Shown here piece after piece: positions 51,636 to 64,000 of a DNA stretch of 64,000 nt; position 1 is the stretch's first letter; the number at the start of each line of letters is the position of its first letter. The stretch is taken from the NCBI GenBank assembly GCA_951406725.2, contig OX597831.1, forward strand, positions 62,992,001 through 63,056,000, written 5' to 3'. The DNA is from Octopus vulgaris. Taxonomy: Eukaryota. The translations under genes and the position numbers were made by a program. The notes under the pieces are model-generated. The model was not told the DNA's origin, did not search any database, and saw only the letters and a list, made by a program, of their open reading frames with translations.

Positions 51636-52011
51636 GCGAGCGGACGTCAATCACTACTACTGCCAGATTTTTATTTTTCATAAAGCTATGGTTTTCTAGT
51701 TGGCTCAAAGTTATCTCTGGAAGATAGAGAGATAGAGACAAGTGTACTAAGCTGAAGAGACAAAGAGAAAGAGAGAGTGAGATATAGAGAGGGAGAGAGA
51801 GAGAGAGAAAGAGAGAGAGGGGAGGGAAGGAGGAAGGGAGATTGAAATGAAAGTGAAAATAATAAACACTTTACAAAGAGGAGAAACGTCACAAAATGTC
51901 AATCGCTTATTAGTTTTCTGAATAACGTATCAGTGCATTATAACTATCATTCATTTTTTTAATGTCATTTCTGTTTTATTTTCTGCTTTTACCCATGGGC
52001 GACGGATTTGG

Positions 52012-52236
52012 GACAAGGTTTTTATACGTTTGTCAATAGCTTCGGTGTCACATGCAAAATGCACTTATTTCGACGCAGGATTTATATCGGCTCTCATTGT
52101 TTGTTGCACTAGACATGGCTTTTGATGATGTCCAGCTTGGACAATTTGTGAAGAAGACGTAATAAATTATATTCGTTCGGGGACGTTACAGCTACATTCT
52201 GAGTTACTGATGCAGAGCGGCTGAGAGTAAAGATCT
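52012..52236 (-). repeat. Uninterrupted inverted copy of the sequence split by the chimeric SINE at 45.3-45.8 kb
   Basis: Its reverse complement reads continuously 45227-45278 + 45807-45980. Confidence 0.85.
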
Positions 52237-53049
52237 ATGGGATGGATTTAGTTTAGCGATATTCAGGATTTGTGAGCAAATTTTAGAAAAGTTATATAGT
52301 AAAATAGTGAAATTCTTGAGCCAATGCTCGGTGTTAGCAATGCAGTATGATATTGTTTTAGAACAGTATTCGATGTATTGTAATACACAAGAGCTAGCTA
52401 GGGCGTGAATGTTATATCAAACTAAAATGATTTCAAATTTTGTATGATATGTTTCTTTATTAGCCACACGGGGCTGCACGAAGACGGGACAGATTACGAA
52501 GTAGAACATTTCTTTTGGGGGGGGAGAGAAGAAGAAGAAAAAAAAGGAGAGGTGGGTTAGGTTTTCGATCAAAAGGGATCGTAAAAGGGAAAGAAGAAAA
52601 AAAAGGGGAAAAGTGAGAAAAATGATCAATAGGGATCATGTATCACAGTGTCATGGTGTAAAGTTTAAAAGGGGAAGCAGATAAGGTTTATCCGTGGGAG
52701 GAAAAGCCTACAGAAAGACCACGGTAACCTCGGTCAATGATGTTACATGTTACCATATTTGTTTGCAAGTAGGTAACCCTCTGTTTTAAATTTTCCGGGT
52801 TCATAGGATTATGCTCAAGGTGGCTTCGCCATTCAAACCTGACATCCTTGCTATAACAATGTATATAGTTCACAAATACATTAAGGTATTTTATTGTTCT
52901 GCTGTGTGCTGTTTAGTGACAGTCTCTACTCTATCTCCCTCTTCTCATACACACACCTATATAATATATGTGTGTGAGGAATGTGTGTGCGTGCATCTCC
53001 GGGCGTGTGTAGCATGTATGTATATATGTATGTATGTATGTATGTCTCA

Positions 53050-53440
53050 ATTTTACTTGTTTCAGTCATTTGACTGTGGCCATGCTAAAGCACCGCCTTT
53101 AGTTGAGCAAATGGACCCCAGGACTTATTCTTTGTAAGCCTAGTGCTTATTCTATCGGTCTCTTTTGCCGGGACGTAAACACACCAGTATCGGTTTTCAA
53201 GCGATGTTGGAGGGGGGGGGGACAAACACAGACACACACACATACAAACACATACAAATATATATATATACATATATACGACGGGCTTCTTTGAGTTTCC
53301 GTCTACTAATTCCACTCACAAGGCTTTTGGTCAACCCGAGGCTTTAGTAGAAGACACTTGCCCAAGTTGCCACGCAGTGGTACTGAACCCGGAACCATGT
53401 GGTTGGTAAGCAAGCTTGTTACCACACAGCCACTCCTACG
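53050..53440 (-). mobile_element. SINE family A, full length, with short inverted duplication of its 5' end
   Basis: Reverse complement of 1466-1900; cacagccactccta-cgcc-taggagtggctgtg hairpin at the head. Confidence 0.9.
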
Positions 53441-54126
53441 CCTAGGAGTGGCTGTGTATGTATATATGTATGTATGTATATGGTACATTTATTCAAAGAG
53501 TAAAACTGGGTACAAAGAAACCATGCTTCGAAGTGGTATCAATTATTATATATAAAATCTGTTCGACCCTAATTGCTATGAATTCAAAACCTATTTCACT
53601 TACCTTCTTCACTGGATTTTTTGAATCACATACACACACTCACACACACATATACACATACACATACACATATACATATCATTTAATATACACAATATTT
53701 CCTATAGTGGTATCATTAGATTCACGCTGTTTGAGACACAATAAATCCCCAGATTTATATATCATGACTTGTGCCTCGAAGCAATCCTTGTGATTCAAGT
53801 GATCAACGTGTCTGATTTTGTTTGAAAATAACGAGAAACGTTGCTGGTCAACGAGAGAAAAAGAGAAAGAAAAGTTGGAAGGAATGCAGAAGGTGGAAAG
53901 AGAAAAAGCGCAATGAAGAAAGAAAAGGCACAGAAAAGTAAAAAAAAAAAAAAAAAAAAGAAAAAAGAAAGAACAGAAAACCAAGAATTGCTTCCCTTTT
54001 TTCATCAAAATTAGAATCAATATGGATGGTGTTCAAATTAGAATTAACATAGCAGGTGGAAAATAATTCAACAGGAGAAAGGCTAAATCTGGAAACTGCA
54101 TGTTCAACCTGGGTGAGGGTGGTGTA

Positions 54127-54210
<84 letters not shown>

Positions 54211-54261
54211 ACATCGAAAAATATCTTAGGAAAAAGAACCCAGGTTCGAAATTTCCCCCAA

Positions 54262-54297
54262 GACACCTGATGAACGCTGGAGTCGAAACGTTGTGTT
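54262..54297 (+). ncRNA. Minimal type I hammerhead-like motif (stem II damaged)
   Basis: GACAC-CUGAUGA-acgcuggaguc-GAAA-CG-UU-GUGUU; 5-bp stem I, palindromic AACGUU. Confidence 0.55.
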
Positions 54298-56659
54298 AAC
54301 AACAAACAAGATGAAGACAAATATCCGACAAATGTGAATAATGTAAATAGTGGAATTAAGTAGTTCGGTGGAGTTCTTGGATATTAAACGAACATGAAGT
54401 CTTCCCTCTACACATAGACTGCATCTATTTGATCATTTATATTTACTGTGTTTTGCTCCGCAATTCTGTATTTGATTGCGTGTGTTGTGCAGTTGGAATT
54501 CACATCCCAACTTGGTTGGCCAACTTTGTGATTTCATTTTTATTCATGTGTAGGAAAGAAGACTGGTGGTTTTCATGTGTTCTTTTAAAATTACCTTCGC
54601 ATAAACCAACGTAATTTTTCGTCTGAATTTGCTTATTTTGAAGCATTGCTAAAGCTTTAGGTTAATACGCCACTGAGTTTATCAATTATGCCTGAACGAG
54701 CAAGCATTTCAGTTTTGACAATTAAAATTTGGAGTGCACTCCTGACGTGGCTTACGTGTGATAATGTCTTTCATATTGGAGTAGTAGTGCGTATTCACAG
54801 AGCGACTATTGATAATATTCTTGTATTTACCGTTAACTGCGAAATTTCTATCAAATAATGCCGCAAAATTTTGCCTATGGTTGCCTTAACGTTCAAAGTG
54901 AAAGAAAGAGCAAACAATATTATTTTCCTGGATTTTTTCAATAACACACCCAGTTTTCATATTATTAATTGAAGCCATTATTAGCCAAGGAACGGCTATT
55001 TTAGGGGTGGGGTGCATTATTGAATATTTCCTAACAAGAAGAGAGATTAGATATCATATTACTGAAATTAGCTACACGGTTTTTAAATAGCATTAAGGAT
55101 GACACGACTGTTTAAGTATAAACGTTCTTCCTTCAGCTTATGATAGGGCTTATATGAGCACCTATTTAAGTCCAGGAAAAATTTAAGAAATCAACATTTT
55201 AGAGATTAGCAGTAACAGTAATTTTGAGGTCAAAATTGATATAAGTTATATATATATATATATGATTTTTCGTACACAGACGAATGTCATGGTATGACAA
55301 CTTCCATTTCCGTGTATTTAATGTAGAGGGAGCTACTATGTCTCAGATTTCAGCATTGTCATACAATCCGATCGCGTGTGTATATCAGATGAACGAATGC
55401 ATAGATGTAAGTGTCTGCCGTCTGTGTGTGTATCTGCTGTCTGTAAATATATATATATGTATGTATGCATGTATATATGTATGTATGTATGTATTCATGT
55501 ATGTATGTGTGTATGGATGCATATATGTATGGATGGATGTATGTATGTATAAATGCATAAGTTTACGCATGTATGTATGTATACATGTATGTATGTGTGT
55601 ATGTATGCATGTATGTATGTATGCATGTATGTATATATGTATGAATGTATGTATGTATGTATGTATGTATGTATGTACGTATGTATGTATGTATTTATGT
55701 ATGAATGTATGTATGTATGTATGTACGTATGTATGTATGTATGTATGAATGTATGTATGTATGTATGTATGTATGTATGTATGTATGTATGTATGTATGT
55801 ATGTATGTATGTATGTATGTATGTATGTATGTATGTATGTATGTATGAGGCTGCAGATGTGTGTAAGATGGCCTGTGAGTAAGAGCTGGTGATTTCAGCT
55901 CATTGGTGCGTATGTGTGTCTTTACCAGGGTTCGTGTACTTTTGGCAGCGTATTTGTATCAGCCATCTATGAGTACTCGCGAGCGCGAGTATGAGTATAT
56001 ATACGTCAGCTGTGTTTGTATCAGTCGCATATATGTGTCTGTGTACGAATACTTGTGCGCTAGTGCCTGCTGTGTAGGTGTGGCTGTGCGAACGTGTTTG
56101 GGATGCATGCATGGGTGTGTGTTTGGATCATTGGTGAACGTGAATATATATACACTCAAGTATTTGTATGCATATGTATGGATATGTTCGTGTTCTCCTG
56201 GAAGCGCATGTATGTGTCCGTATGTACATATACATTTATTATTTCGGTATTTGCTTGTGCGAACAAGACAGAGATCCGGTAGTTGTGGCTGCAACAGCGT
56301 TTCTAGGAGAGACGAAATTTAGAGTGGGTTTGAAGTTTTGGTAGTATTAAGGAGGAAATGTTTTGGTGGGGTTGTTAAGATGGTAAAGAAAGGGCAGAAA
56401 ATCATGCGTACACGGGTGTATATATGTGACTGCACGTCCACGTATAGGGGAGTTGAAAGCGGATCCCGTAACCTGCGTAAGCATCGGTGGTTAGGAATCT
56501 TGTTCTTAGTTGTGGAACAGATAGTGTTCAGGTACAATCAATGTTAAGGTGGAATGTTTCTGGGTTGTTTGAGGACTGTGGATTGACATTCACCAGGAGG
56601 GTGTACCTCTGATGGCACCAATAAGATATTTCGCTTTTTTTTTGTTGCTAGATACTGCA

Positions 56660-57200
56660 GAGTAGTGGAGAATATAAAGTCTTCCATGGAGACAAAGCTA
56701 GCAATTGCGGTCTCCGTATAAGCACGGTGGGGCTCTATCCATGATGGCCAATTGAATGTTGAGGTCCGGAGGTCACGAAGTCTCGAAAGAATACGAGACG
56801 AAGAGGTGGAATTCTCTCTCCATTCCTGTATCTCAGCGTATGTATATGCTGCGTGTATCTTTTCTTGGACTCATTGGTTGTAATGCAGGTGTAGTCCTTT
56901 GTAACGCCATCGAATGCCGTGGGGGTGTCTGCAGCGCTTGCGACGCAGTATTCTCCCAGAGGTAGAGTTTCGGAGAGCACATGGGGTTTAGAGGTCGTGT
57001 GGGTGCATATTGTAGCATGCAATGTAAGAAACGATGTTGTTTAAGAAGAAGTAGCTGACCTTGACGTTATGTAGGTTGTAGAACTTACGTCCTCTGGGGA
57101 AATGTGTCTTAATTAACGATGAGAAACATCTAGTTACGTTGGTGGCCACTTCTAGGTTAAATGTAGGGTTGAAAAAGATTATTTTTCCTTTCTGGTCATC
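56660..57200 (-). pseudogene. Penelope-like element linker + GIY-YIG endonuclease fragment (decayed)
   Basis: KIIFFNPTFNLEVATNVTRCFSSLIKTHFP...NVKVSY (WFNPPF...KHFP...VKVSYS motif), KDYTCITTNESKKRYTQH (YIG.T...FK.R..H), then C*LCL. Confidence 0.85.
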
Positions 57201-57505
57201 CAGGCCAGTTTCCAGTAGCCATCGTGGGCTTCCTGCATCTCTCCATTCCGTTAACTAAGCCTGAGAAGAAATATTTCCGTAAATGAATAGGAAACTTTAA
57301 GTCTCATAGGGCCAAATCCAACTATCTTAAATAATAAATACATGTAACACCTACAGAATGTGCTAAATGCCTCTTTGTTTATCCACTCATCCCTATATAC
57401 ATACACACACACGCACATATGTATGTATATATATATGTGACCGCGAGTGTACCGTTGGCGATTTTTTCTTCCTTCTGCCCTTCTTTGCATCTTTCCTTTT
57501 CCTAT

Positions 57506-57540
57506 GTTTCTGACGAAGGGCTCCGCTGAAAACGTTAAAC
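57506..57540 (+). ncRNA. Minimal type I hammerhead-like motif
   Basis: GUUU-CUGACGA-agGGC ucc GCU-GAAAACG-UU-AAAC; within a ~200-bp island (57440-57642) between TA tracts. Confidence 0.55.
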
Positions 57541-57742
57541 CCTCCTCCTTCCCTTCTTTCCTGAGTGTCCAATAATACTATACTTGTTCCACGTCCTCGC
57601 GTTGTTGTGTTTTCTCTTTGTGTTTTCATGTTTGGATTAACTTTATATATATATATACTGTGCGCAGACCACATACATACACAGACATATAAATGCAAAA
57701 CGAAAATATACACACAAATACATGTACACATATGTATACGCA

Positions 57743-57781
<39 letters not shown>

Positions 57782-58199
57782 TATGCATTCTTATGAAGCC
57801 GAAATTTAGAAGTCACTGCCAACTTTTTCATTGGTAGGCCTTAAAGTACAGTTCATATTCTAAAAATGTTGATTAATCCTTCAGTATAATGTTAAATTGA
57901 TTTAATATATGACTTGACATATAAAGCATACGTTGATATATATTCTTATATTTATATGTATGCATGTGTTTGTATATATATATGTGTGTGTGTGTATGTA
58001 TATATTGGCTCTATTTTGTTTATATATTTATTGTTAAATTTTCGCCATCTGAAATATATGGCAGAAGTTAACATAACTGATTTATGTATGCGATGCCTTA
58101 GATGTCTTAGTAGTGTCGTTTTTAATCTGCACCACATTAAGAAATTAATAAATGAAATTTCGAATGGGAAGGGATTCATTGACGATGTTAATGAGATGT

Positions 58200-58480
58200 T
58201 GGATAACCACATGTTCTTTGTTATATGAAGACCGTTGGACATGAAAGCTAATGCTATCATAATATATAATATTCATCGATCAATAATGTATTGACACGAA
58301 TATTGATTCCATCAGAGTGAAGTTTTTAAAAGGAGCTGCATAGTTGATTGAATTTACTCAATATACTTCCTCGGAACAGTATGAATACATTCGACCTCAA
58401 TTTGAGCTTAAGACGAATGCGTATGAAGATATATATGTTTAAGCCATTTAGAATCGTCTTCCAAGTTTCTGTGAAATCCG
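58200..58480 (-). pseudogene. Possible very old MULE transposase remnant
   Basis: Weak ordered motifs ECIH (C.FH), KIQ-like and IMIALAF; heavily decayed. Confidence 0.25.
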
Positions 58481-58694
58481 TTGGGTTTTGATATTAGTTT
58501 GTGACACATTACTAGAAATGTTGCTTGTTAATTCGCTTAGACTTCAATTCCTCTATTGACGTGTCTTACTTACAGCGTGAGAGTACAGTATTTTCTTGTA
58601 GAAAGGAACATTAGAGATTGTCAAATTATTCTAGCAAACGGCTTGATTAATATATCTTCATATATATATATATATATATATATATTTCCTGTGT

Positions 58695-58771
58695 CCTTCG
58701 CAAATATAAGGACAGAGGAAATGTGTCAAAGCCGACAGGAAGCGTCGATGCTTCCTAGGGCTAAATAGCGG
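58695..58771 (+). ncRNA. Structured motif homologous to the retrozyme body (18476-18551)
   Basis: Shared CCTTYGCA-N5-RAGGACA-N9-TGTC-A(1-3)GCC-stem-CGTCGATG-stem-GGCTAAAT, with different but still pairing stems. Confidence 0.55.
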
Positions 58772-58824
58772 TGTTGTAATTCCCTTTATGGGACTGTCAG
58801 GTTATGTTGACAGTATATAACCAA

Positions 58825-58922
<98 letters not shown>

Positions 58923-59191
58923 TATGTATGTACGTACGTATTAATGGGTAAGGACATATTTCTCACGTTACAATACTCCTCAGCGCTATCTAAAACGTGT
59001 TGTATTTATAAATACTAGCTGGACCCGTGAATATTTCACCGAATTTATAGTAAACCTATTGGCGTATTCCTGAAACTTCCAAAAAGCTTGAAAGCATAAC
59101 CTGTGTTGTGTCTATATCAAAAGAAAGTCGCTCATTTGCTATTCACTGAGAAGTGAAGGAAATTGGAATACGCTAATTATTTAATGTGCTT

Positions 59192-59240
<49 letters not shown>

Positions 59241-59281
59241 ATGTATGTATGTATGCATATATATATACACACACACACATA

Positions 59282-59346
<65 letters not shown>

Positions 59347-59964
59347 CTTTATGCACAGTTTTATAGATCTAATACACAGCACTCATAAAATAAATTGTCA
59401 CTCTTACTTTTCCGTTTTTCCCATAAACGGAAAAAATTACTTCTTAAAATTCACGTGGTCATAATTTCATATCTTGAAAACAAAAATTTTATAGTAAAAA
59501 AAAATATAATTTTATATATAATGTATAGGGATCACAATTTCACGAGGTAAAAATATGGCATACTCTGAAAACCACACCAACGACAAAGCCAATACACGTT
59601 TCAGTTTGTGTACTCCTTTCAGTCTAATACTTCTTTGCAGATTCCCTCTTCTTTTCTTTTGTTTGTCAGTCTTGATAACATTAATTTGCGTGTCCTCGAG
59701 AATGCAACGTATAGCTGACCATGGCCGAATACAGGTTCAGGCAAGAAAAACTCCATTTTATCAAAATGTTTGATCTTGTGATTTATTGATATTCATTGCA
59801 TATGACAGGCGAACGAGAAATTGATTTCTTTCTAAAGTGAATGGCAAGTTTGGGATGTGCGTGCGTTGCGTGATAGGTGATATAAAAAAAATTGATTCAA
59901 TTAAAAACAAATTACTTTTCACAATGCGTTCACCATCGCCACCTCCACCGCCACCATCATCTCC

Positions 59965-59999
<35 letters not shown>

Positions 60000-60011
60000 T
60001 CCCCCTCTCTA

Positions 60012-60064
<53 letters not shown>

Positions 60065-60710
60065 GCTTTTCTCTAATTTCATTGTCAGAACATCACCCCT
60101 CTGCTAAAATTATATTCCTAACTCTCCTCTATATCACCACCTTCAACTAACTTTTTTAACCACGTAGTAAATATTACGTTCCCCCACCACTTGTCATGGA
60201 TGCCTCTCACTCCGTCTTTTCTTCACTCTCCCACCACTTTTTTTTCTCTCTCTCTTTCTGATCCACTCTTCACCTTATCCTCTTTTTCTTTCTCTTGTTT
60301 TGTCTTTCCCTTAAACTAATCCCGTGAAAACGTTACAATTACGTTCTCTGTACCTCATGACATGGACGCTTCTCTCACCCTCTTTTTCTTTTTCCCTCTT
60401 TTATTTCCCAGTCTTTTCTCTAATCATGTGGAAGCGCCACCTACGGGCTATGTCAGATAATGACAAGCAAAATTATTATAAGATTTTAACACTAACAAAC
60501 TGTGCTTATTAGACACCTGATAGTTTCTGTTAATTATGGAAAACTTAATACAATATTATAGATATATTTTAGCGTGTATTAAACAATGTGGATATGTATG
60601 CATAGGTATGTATATATGTGTGTATATATTGATATGTGTATATACATATATAAATATATCTGTATGAATGTATGTATGTATGTATATATGTATGTACTAT
60701 GCTATGTCAG

Positions 60711-61243
60711 GTCACTGTTGAGTGCTACTGGTAACATGTAACCCAGTACAACCTGTTGCATAGTCGGGCTGTCGGTGACTAAACCGGCAACCCCACCAGG
60801 CTTGCTTGGTGAGGTGGTTGTTTATTGGATACCCTGCGGGATGAAAAACAAAACCCGTCAAAGAGCAGAGGGACTCGTGAGAGTCAGCGGCCATCCAGTA
60901 AATGTCTTAAGGCTGTATCATGCGCGGGGATATAGAAATAATTGGACTGAATACCCGATCGCGCGGTTAAACCATTGGGAATGAAGGTCTCCTAGCCTTT
61001 GTTAGGGCATCCTTCTAGGTAACTGGGATAACTCCGACATAAAACCTGCGGCTCAGTGGTTACCGATGATGTTAACTTGTTCTTCTTTTCGGATTATGGC
61101 TGCTGTTGTTTAGTGAGTGGGATTGACTCAGTGCACAGCCTTTCCTCACTTAAAAAAAATCTTCTTGCACAGGCATTTCACGATAACAACATTGATTAAG
61201 CTTCGTGCAATGACCATACTCGATAACGAGGGGGCAGCCACCA
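60711..61243 (+). mobile_element. Non-coding retroelement-like insertion with (ATGT)n tail (possibly RTE-related)
   Basis: GC-richer, hairpin-rich island ending directly in (ATGT)n, with TATG repeats also on the left; family assignment is inference only. Confidence 0.4.
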
Positions 61244-61526
61244 TGTATGTATGTATGTATGTATGTATGTATGTATGTATGTGTGTGTGTATGTGTGTGT
61301 GTATGTATGTATGTATGTATGTATGTATGTATGTATGTATGTATGTATGTATGTGTGTGTATGTATGTGTGTGTGTATGTATGTATGTATGTATGTATGT
61401 ATATGTGTGTGTGTATGTATGTGTGTACAGCTTTAATTCGTTTTGGACGAATATCTAGGCGCGGGCGTGGCTCTGTAGCAAGTATTTTACCTCCGAAATA
61501 TATGGTTTTGGGTTCAGTCTCATATA

Positions 61527-61937
61527 TATTTCTTTATTGACCACAAGGGGCTAAACAGGGAGGGAATAAACAAGGACAGACAAAGGGATTAAGTCGATTA
61601 CATCGACCCAAGTGCGAAACTGGTACTTTATTTATCGACCCCGAAAGGATGAAAGGCAAAGTCGACCTCGGCGCAATTTGAACTCAGAACGTAACGTCAG
61701 ACGAAATACCTATTTCTTTACTACCCACAAGGGGCTAAATACAGAGGGGACAAACAAGGACAGACAAACGGATTAAGTTTAAGTCGATTATATCGACTCC
61801 AGTGCGAAACTGGTACTTATTTATCGACCCCGAAAGGATGAAAGGCAACGTCGACCTCGGCGCAATTTTAACTCGGAATGTAACGACAAACAAAATACCG
61901 CTAAGCATTTCCTCCGGCGCGCTAACGTGTCTGCCAG
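61527..61937 (-). mobile_element. SINE family B head-to-tail dimer inside one TSD
   Basis: Junction gacgaaatacc|tatttc at 61710/61711; cagtctcatatatat at 61515-61529 and 61935-61949. Confidence 0.85.
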
Positions 61938-62771
61938 TCTCATATATATGCGTACTCATGAAGCCACTTGCAACACACAAAGTTATTCAATCTTATTTTA
62001 ATACAAAACATTGAAAGAACAACATAGAATATTTTAATAATAGCAACATTTCACAGATAAAAATAGTCCTTATTTAACATCCAGGATTAAATTTAAATAG
62101 TACTGAAGTGAAGGAAGGAGAATGACAGCTCTTTAATTATATCTGCATATGCAACTTAAACATTAGCGTATGAAATGAAACGACTGCTCACGTACTGAGT
62201 GTGTTGGGAATATCGTTCACTTAGCTTGAAGTCATACTTAAAACTATTACATTAGATTCGTTCCACATAGAAAAATATGGAAAATTTTAAATTTATATTT
62301 CAGTTTCTGTTCAGCTTAAAGAAACATGCTGGGCAAAATTCTTGAGTGAATTGAGCATTTTTATATCCATTAGCTTACTTTTAGTATACGTACATATTGT
62401 CAGCGCAACGTAACTTTATGTTCAAGTTTGCTTTGCATTCTTGAGGTCCCGGTTCCCACCCTACTGCGTTTCCTCTTGGAGGACTGCCATTGTCTATCGC
62501 CTTTGTGCGACTCATACGTGATAAGTGAAATTGGGAAGCCCAAAGTATGTACAACTCCGTCGCGTGGGTTGCACATCTGAATCGAAAAAGCACAGCTTTG
62601 TCACAAAACTGTCAAGCTGATTCTGCCGAAGGATTTCGTTAGGGAACGCGTGCCTCTGGAACGCTCAGCAATTTATACATTGATTTATAAGCAGGTAATT
62701 TAGTTTATCGAGCAACTGAACCCTCGTTGTGAATCTACGGAGAACTACCACAAGTTACTTCCCTTGTTAAC

Positions 62772-63132
62772 TCTATATGTATAAACGGCAAAATGTCTGT
62801 GTGTGTGTCCTTTATACAAATCCACAATTTTGCAGTTAGAGGGCTCGCACTTTCTATGGTCATTTAAAACGGTTCAATGATGGTCATGCACATCTTTACA
62901 TTTCCCCAGTCACCCTGCAAAGCCATTAAAAGATCAATAGAAGTGGCTTTTTGTGAATTTTCTATCCAAAACCCAATCAAAATGCCCGAAACTTGATACG
63001 CCAATTGAATGCAAGATAGCTGTATGTGATTGGTCGGAGATTTAGACAGTACTCGCGTGTATATGCGCACGCACGAAGCTGTATATGCATGCACTACTAC
63101 TATGAACCAGTAACGCCGGGTCATAGTGCTAG
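62772..63132 (+). mobile_element. Non-autonomous Helitron
   Basis: 5' TCtata..., 3' imperfect hairpin ccagtaacgccggg followed 8 nt later by CTAG|T; no TSD. Confidence 0.65.
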
Positions 63133-63339
63133 TTAAGGTATAAATCAATATCTAAGTCATACTGCACTTCACATGATATTGTTGAATAGTGTTACATATC
63201 ATATGAGTCACAACATTTTCCTTGAACCTTCCCTTTTCAAGCAATCCCTTCGGGGTTATTTAAGTACAAACAAAATGAGACAGCGAAGCATACGTCTATC
63301 ATATAACTTTTGAGCTGTCCTTGTGTAAAGTGTGTTACT

Positions 63340-63571
63340 TATTTCTTTACTACCCATAAGGGGCTAAACACAGAGGGGACAAACAAGTATAGACAAACGG
63401 ATTAAGTCGATTACATCGACCCCAGTGTGTAACTGGTACTTGATTTATCGACCCCGAAAGGATGAAAGGTAGAGTCGACCTCGGCGGAATTTGAACTCAG
63501 AAAGGTAACGGTAGACGAAATACGGCTACGCATTTCGCCCGGCGTACTAACGTTTCTGCCAGCTCGCCGCC
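63340..63571 (-). mobile_element. SINE family B
   Basis: Full copy; perfect 18-bp TSD ttgtgtaaagtgtgttac (63321-63338, 63572-63589). Confidence 0.92.
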
Positions 63572-64000
63572 TTGTGTAAAGTGTGTTACCAATGAGCAAG
63601 ACAGCGAGCTAACCTAGCAGCTAATTCTCTGCTAACCTGGTTTTTGATTTCAGATTGAAATTAATTCATTTCACAGACGCCTTTAATGTACAGGAAGAAA
63701 AACCATAAAAAGTCGCTGAATACATTTCCTTTTCCGCGTAAATATGTGATCTTATGACTAGGTAAAAATAAATAAATGAAATATATCGAATCTTGCCACA
63801 TTAAATATATGCTGGTCGTATATATTGATAATGATGTAGACTAGACAATTGAAAAATAAAGTTATTTACTAAGAGCATACGAGTTTACAGGGAACGGGGT
63901 AGTAATTACTTTCCTTCACTCAGCGATCATTAACGTACATATAATAAAAAAAATGTAGACTAATGACTAATTATATTGCTGCAATCGGTGCAACAAAAGA

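Noticed and set aside
60711-60840. HDV-like ribozyme at the 5' end of the putative RTE-related element
   Set aside because: A P1-like helix exists (GGUCACUG/CGGUGACU) but P3/L3, P1.1 and J4/2 cannot be assigned.

Overview
AT-rich, microsatellite-saturated eukaryotic intergenic or intronic DNA. It is most likely a cephalopod (Octopus-like), inferred from the tRNA-headed SINE families and the (TA)n/(TATG)n/(TAA)n load. No intact protein-coding gene is supported; almost all listed ORFs are microsatellite or repeat artefacts. The window is a transposon graveyard: four SINE families, R4/Dong-like, RTE and Penelope-like (PLE) retroelement fragments, Tc1/mariner remnants, several MITEs, and Helitron/Helentron pieces. 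The main signal is a set of small non-coding elements, mostly inserted in (TA)n tracts, that carry minimal type I hammerhead ribozyme (HHR) motifs. The best is a young retrozyme-like array at 17551-18660: about 2.5 tandem 357-bp units plus an inverted arm. Its HHR has a compensatory U3-A8 core (UUGAUAA), and both inversion breakpoints lie next to the predicted cleavage site. It also contains a second structured domain that reappears with compensatory changes at 58695-58771. All calls were made by eye; no searches or folding programs were run.
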